From the NCBI GenBank assembly GCA_965233585.1, contig CBDDTI010000141.1, positions 1-11,301 of the forward strand: a stretch of 11,301 bases of DNA. The letters run 5' to 3'. Position numbers and translations under genes: made by a program. Below are positions 9,212-11,301 of the stretch, in pieces (position 1 is the stretch's first letter; each line of letters begins with the position of its first letter). Source of the stretch: a bacterium (GTDB lineage Bacteria > SAR324 > NAC60-12). Under the pieces are notes generated by a model that worked only from the letters and a program-made list of their open reading frames with translations, did not search any database and was not told where the DNA came from.

Positions 9212-9260
9212 CCGCCCCCGCCCCCCCCCCCCCCCCCCAAACACACACACAAACACACCC
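9212..9260. repeat. Poly-C tract followed by CA-rich microsatellite
   Basis: ccgcccccg, C18, then aaacacacacacaaacacaccc. Confidence 0.9.
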
Positions 9261-9440
9261 ACTACAGATTTTTCCATCCAGATTTCATTCCAAAACATTT
9301 TCATAAATTAAATACCTATGAATTCCATTTTTATTTTCCTCGAGACACAAAAATCAGGCCATTTCGCACTTAGAAGGGTGTTTTTCTTCGTCATTTTGGT
9401 CATAGCCCCCGAAAAGTGGCTTTGCCTGCGGTTTTCAAAA

Positions 9441-9980
9441 GTATAAATACAACTTTATTTCACTACGCTAGCCACACACAACAAAAGCTGGTTTCCAGGT
9501 GGGGCGTAGGTAAACACATTACATTACAATAAAGTATGCTTACATTACATTACAATAAAGTATGCTTACATTACATTACAATAAAGTATGCTTACATTAC
9601 ATTACAATAAAGTGCGACTACATTACATAACAGTAAAATATGATTACATTACATCACAATAAAGTACGATATATATATATATGCATTTAAAGTATGAAAT
9701 CAGTGCGATCCAGTAGAAGGCATGGAAAGTGAAGAGGCAAGTTTATGTTTGAAATCCGACAACGATTGTGCCGTCTTTGCCTCGTGGGAAAGATTGTTCC
9801 AGAGCATTGCACCACTATACTTAAAGCTACGCCTATGAAAATTTGTGCATGGCCTTGGAAGTGCTAGATCAGTCTCAATATTCCTAAGATTGTAATTTAT
9901 GTTTGTATCATTGAGTTTTACAAATGAGTTGCTCAGTTGGGGGGCAGATAGATCATTGAGGATTTTATACATAAGAGTAT
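9441..9980 (-). mobile_element. 5'-truncated non-LTR retrotransposon (CR1/L2/Crack group): ORF2 C-terminus plus 3' UTR
   Basis: Minus-strand peptide LMYKILNDLSAPQL...YNLRN...LALPRPCTNFHRRSFKYSGAMLWNNL...SLSDFKHKL is the typical post-RT tail of these LINEs, with stop at 9700-9702. AATAAA on the minus strand at 9454-9459. 3' stem-loop at 9463-9509. Candidate TSD aaaagtat (9437-9444) / aagagtat (9973-9980). Confidence 0.88.
9515..9670. repeat. 26-bp minisatellite, 6 copies (TACATTACATTACAATAAAGTATGCT)
   Basis: Units start at 9515, 9541, 9567, 9593, 9619 and 9645. The first three are near-identical and the last three are diverged. Followed by (AT)n. Confidence 0.95.
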
Positions 9981-10346
9981 GGTAGCCAAATTGTAGCAAA
10001 ATTCAACAACAAAATTTCGTATCAAAACCAACAACTTGATACCTAACTCAACAAATCTATCTCAAGGTCAACACTGTTTACCTGTCAACTTCAACAACTC
10101 TATTTTTAATTCAACAATTTCCTCTCAATATCAACTCCATCAACTCCTCAATTTCAACATGGTAATCAGTCTTAAAATCAACAGCAAAAATCAACTCAAA
10201 AAAATTTTCTTTGCTGCTGGATAAACTCTTGCTCATATCTAATTTTCAACAATCTAAAATCTGTCAAGATCAACGATTCAAAATACGTGTCAACAACTCA
10301 AAATTTCGTGTCAACAAATTGGGTCCGAGCTGGTCCGTTTCTACCG
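9978..10346. repeat. TCAACAA-rich degenerate repeat array, probably a non-autonomous element
   Basis: Many TCAAC(AAC) motifs between 10004 and 10320. caaaatttcgt recurs at ~10010 and ~10299. Possible weak termini tatggtag (9978) / ctaccg (10341-10346). Confidence 0.5.
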
Positions 10347-10983
10347 AGAGAGTCTGGGGAGATTTATAAGATGGCGGACGGCAGTGACAGTGAGGTAACA
10401 CAAGCTGATCAAAATGATATAAATAGTCAATGGACTGTTTATTTTTTACAGATTTAGATGAGTTAGTGAGTGAATGTGAGCAACATCGGTCAACGACTGA
10501 CATCGCAATAACGGAAAACTTGACTATTCGTTTGAAAAATGTAGTTCGAGCTTTGCAAAATGGTAGTGTCTAGATACCTGGCAGCCGGGAAGTGTTTCTA
10601 AAATACTACATACCCTGCGGTCCAAAATTATTCCAGAATTTCCACGGAAAAACTCATTGGTCCAATCTTTCTTAAAACTGTAGATCTTTGTTTAGAAATG
10701 TCAAGCGATTTCAATTATAATTTTGGCTTTGTGGTTGAGGAAATATTCGAGCTTGGAACATTTCTACAAAGCTTGAAGTTTGAACCCTGTGAGAGTATTC
10801 GATATTTGTTCAGAAATGCAAAGCGAATCTAAATAATGTTTCGCTTTTGTTGTGGTCGAATTCTCTTGGCTTCGGTATACTATAAGAACTTCGACTCACT
10901 GGCACGGTTGTTCAAAAAACTAGATACCCGGCAGTCGTTTTTCCACGTTGGTCACGCTTTCCTCCCCAAGTAACGCATGACAA

Positions 10984-11193
10984 GCCTAGGGTTACCCTAC
11001 CTGGAGTGTTTACAAGGGAGAAAGTTAACCCGCCTGTCAGGGTAACCCTAGCACGAAGATAGGGTAACTCACCTACCCTGATAACCCTAGCTGCGTTGTA
11101 AACACGACGAAAAGAGAAAATGCGTGCTAGGGTAACCCGCTTTCTAGGGTAAATCGCTTCCTAGGGTAACCCTCTCTCCTTGCAAGCAGGCCC
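10984..11193. mobile_element. Partial palindromic MITE with repeated AGGGTAACCC motifs
   Basis: About 7 copies or variants of (CT)AGGGTAACCC. Internal inverted pair gtgtttacaa / ttgtaaacac. Right end tgcaagcaggccc resembles a Harbinger-type TIR end; no matching left TIR found. Confidence 0.55.
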
Positions 11194-11301
11194 GAAAGTC
11201 CATAATTCCCTGTTGCGGACTTTCGTAACCGAACGCTCAAGCGTTTTGTAGCTATTTGCGCTACGTTGCCGAGGCAAATGTGGAGGCCTGAAGTTTGAAA
11301 A

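Noticed and set aside
9515..9670. CRISPR-like array
   Set aside because: Units are head-to-tail with no unique spacers, there are no cas genes, and the context is a eukaryotic LINE 3' UTR.
9160..11301. A pore-loop exon following the TM exon
   Set aside because: By eye I found no phase-0 acceptor followed by an open frame with pore-helix or selectivity-filter motifs. The next exon must lie beyond the window.

Overview
Eukaryotic (animal) genomic DNA. The repeat families look like those of a stony coral or other anthozoan, but that is an inference. The window holds the middle of one + strand, intron-containing gene. Eight GT-AG exons (576-866, 3176-3475, 4067-4369, 5921-6223, 6420-6722, 7011-7322, 7869-8244, 9057-9159) splice in frame into about 763 codons. 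They encode six tandem fibronectin type III (FN3) domains, one per symmetric phase 1-1 exon, then a Cys-containing segment resembling the S1 half of a periplasmic-binding-protein/iGluR ligand-binding domain, then a transmembrane helix resembling iGluR/GluR0 M1. The ORF track misses that last exon. The gene's start and end lie outside the window. The introns are full of mobile DNA: a 1.3-kb foldback element with 221-bp terminal inverted repeats (TIRs) and a nested MITE, a second copy of that MITE, a 5'-truncated CR1/L2-type LINE with a 26-bp minisatellite in its 3' UTR, a decayed hammerhead-like relic and other fragments. The main candidate novelty is an adhesion-type FN3 array fused to a putative ligand-gated ion-channel core.
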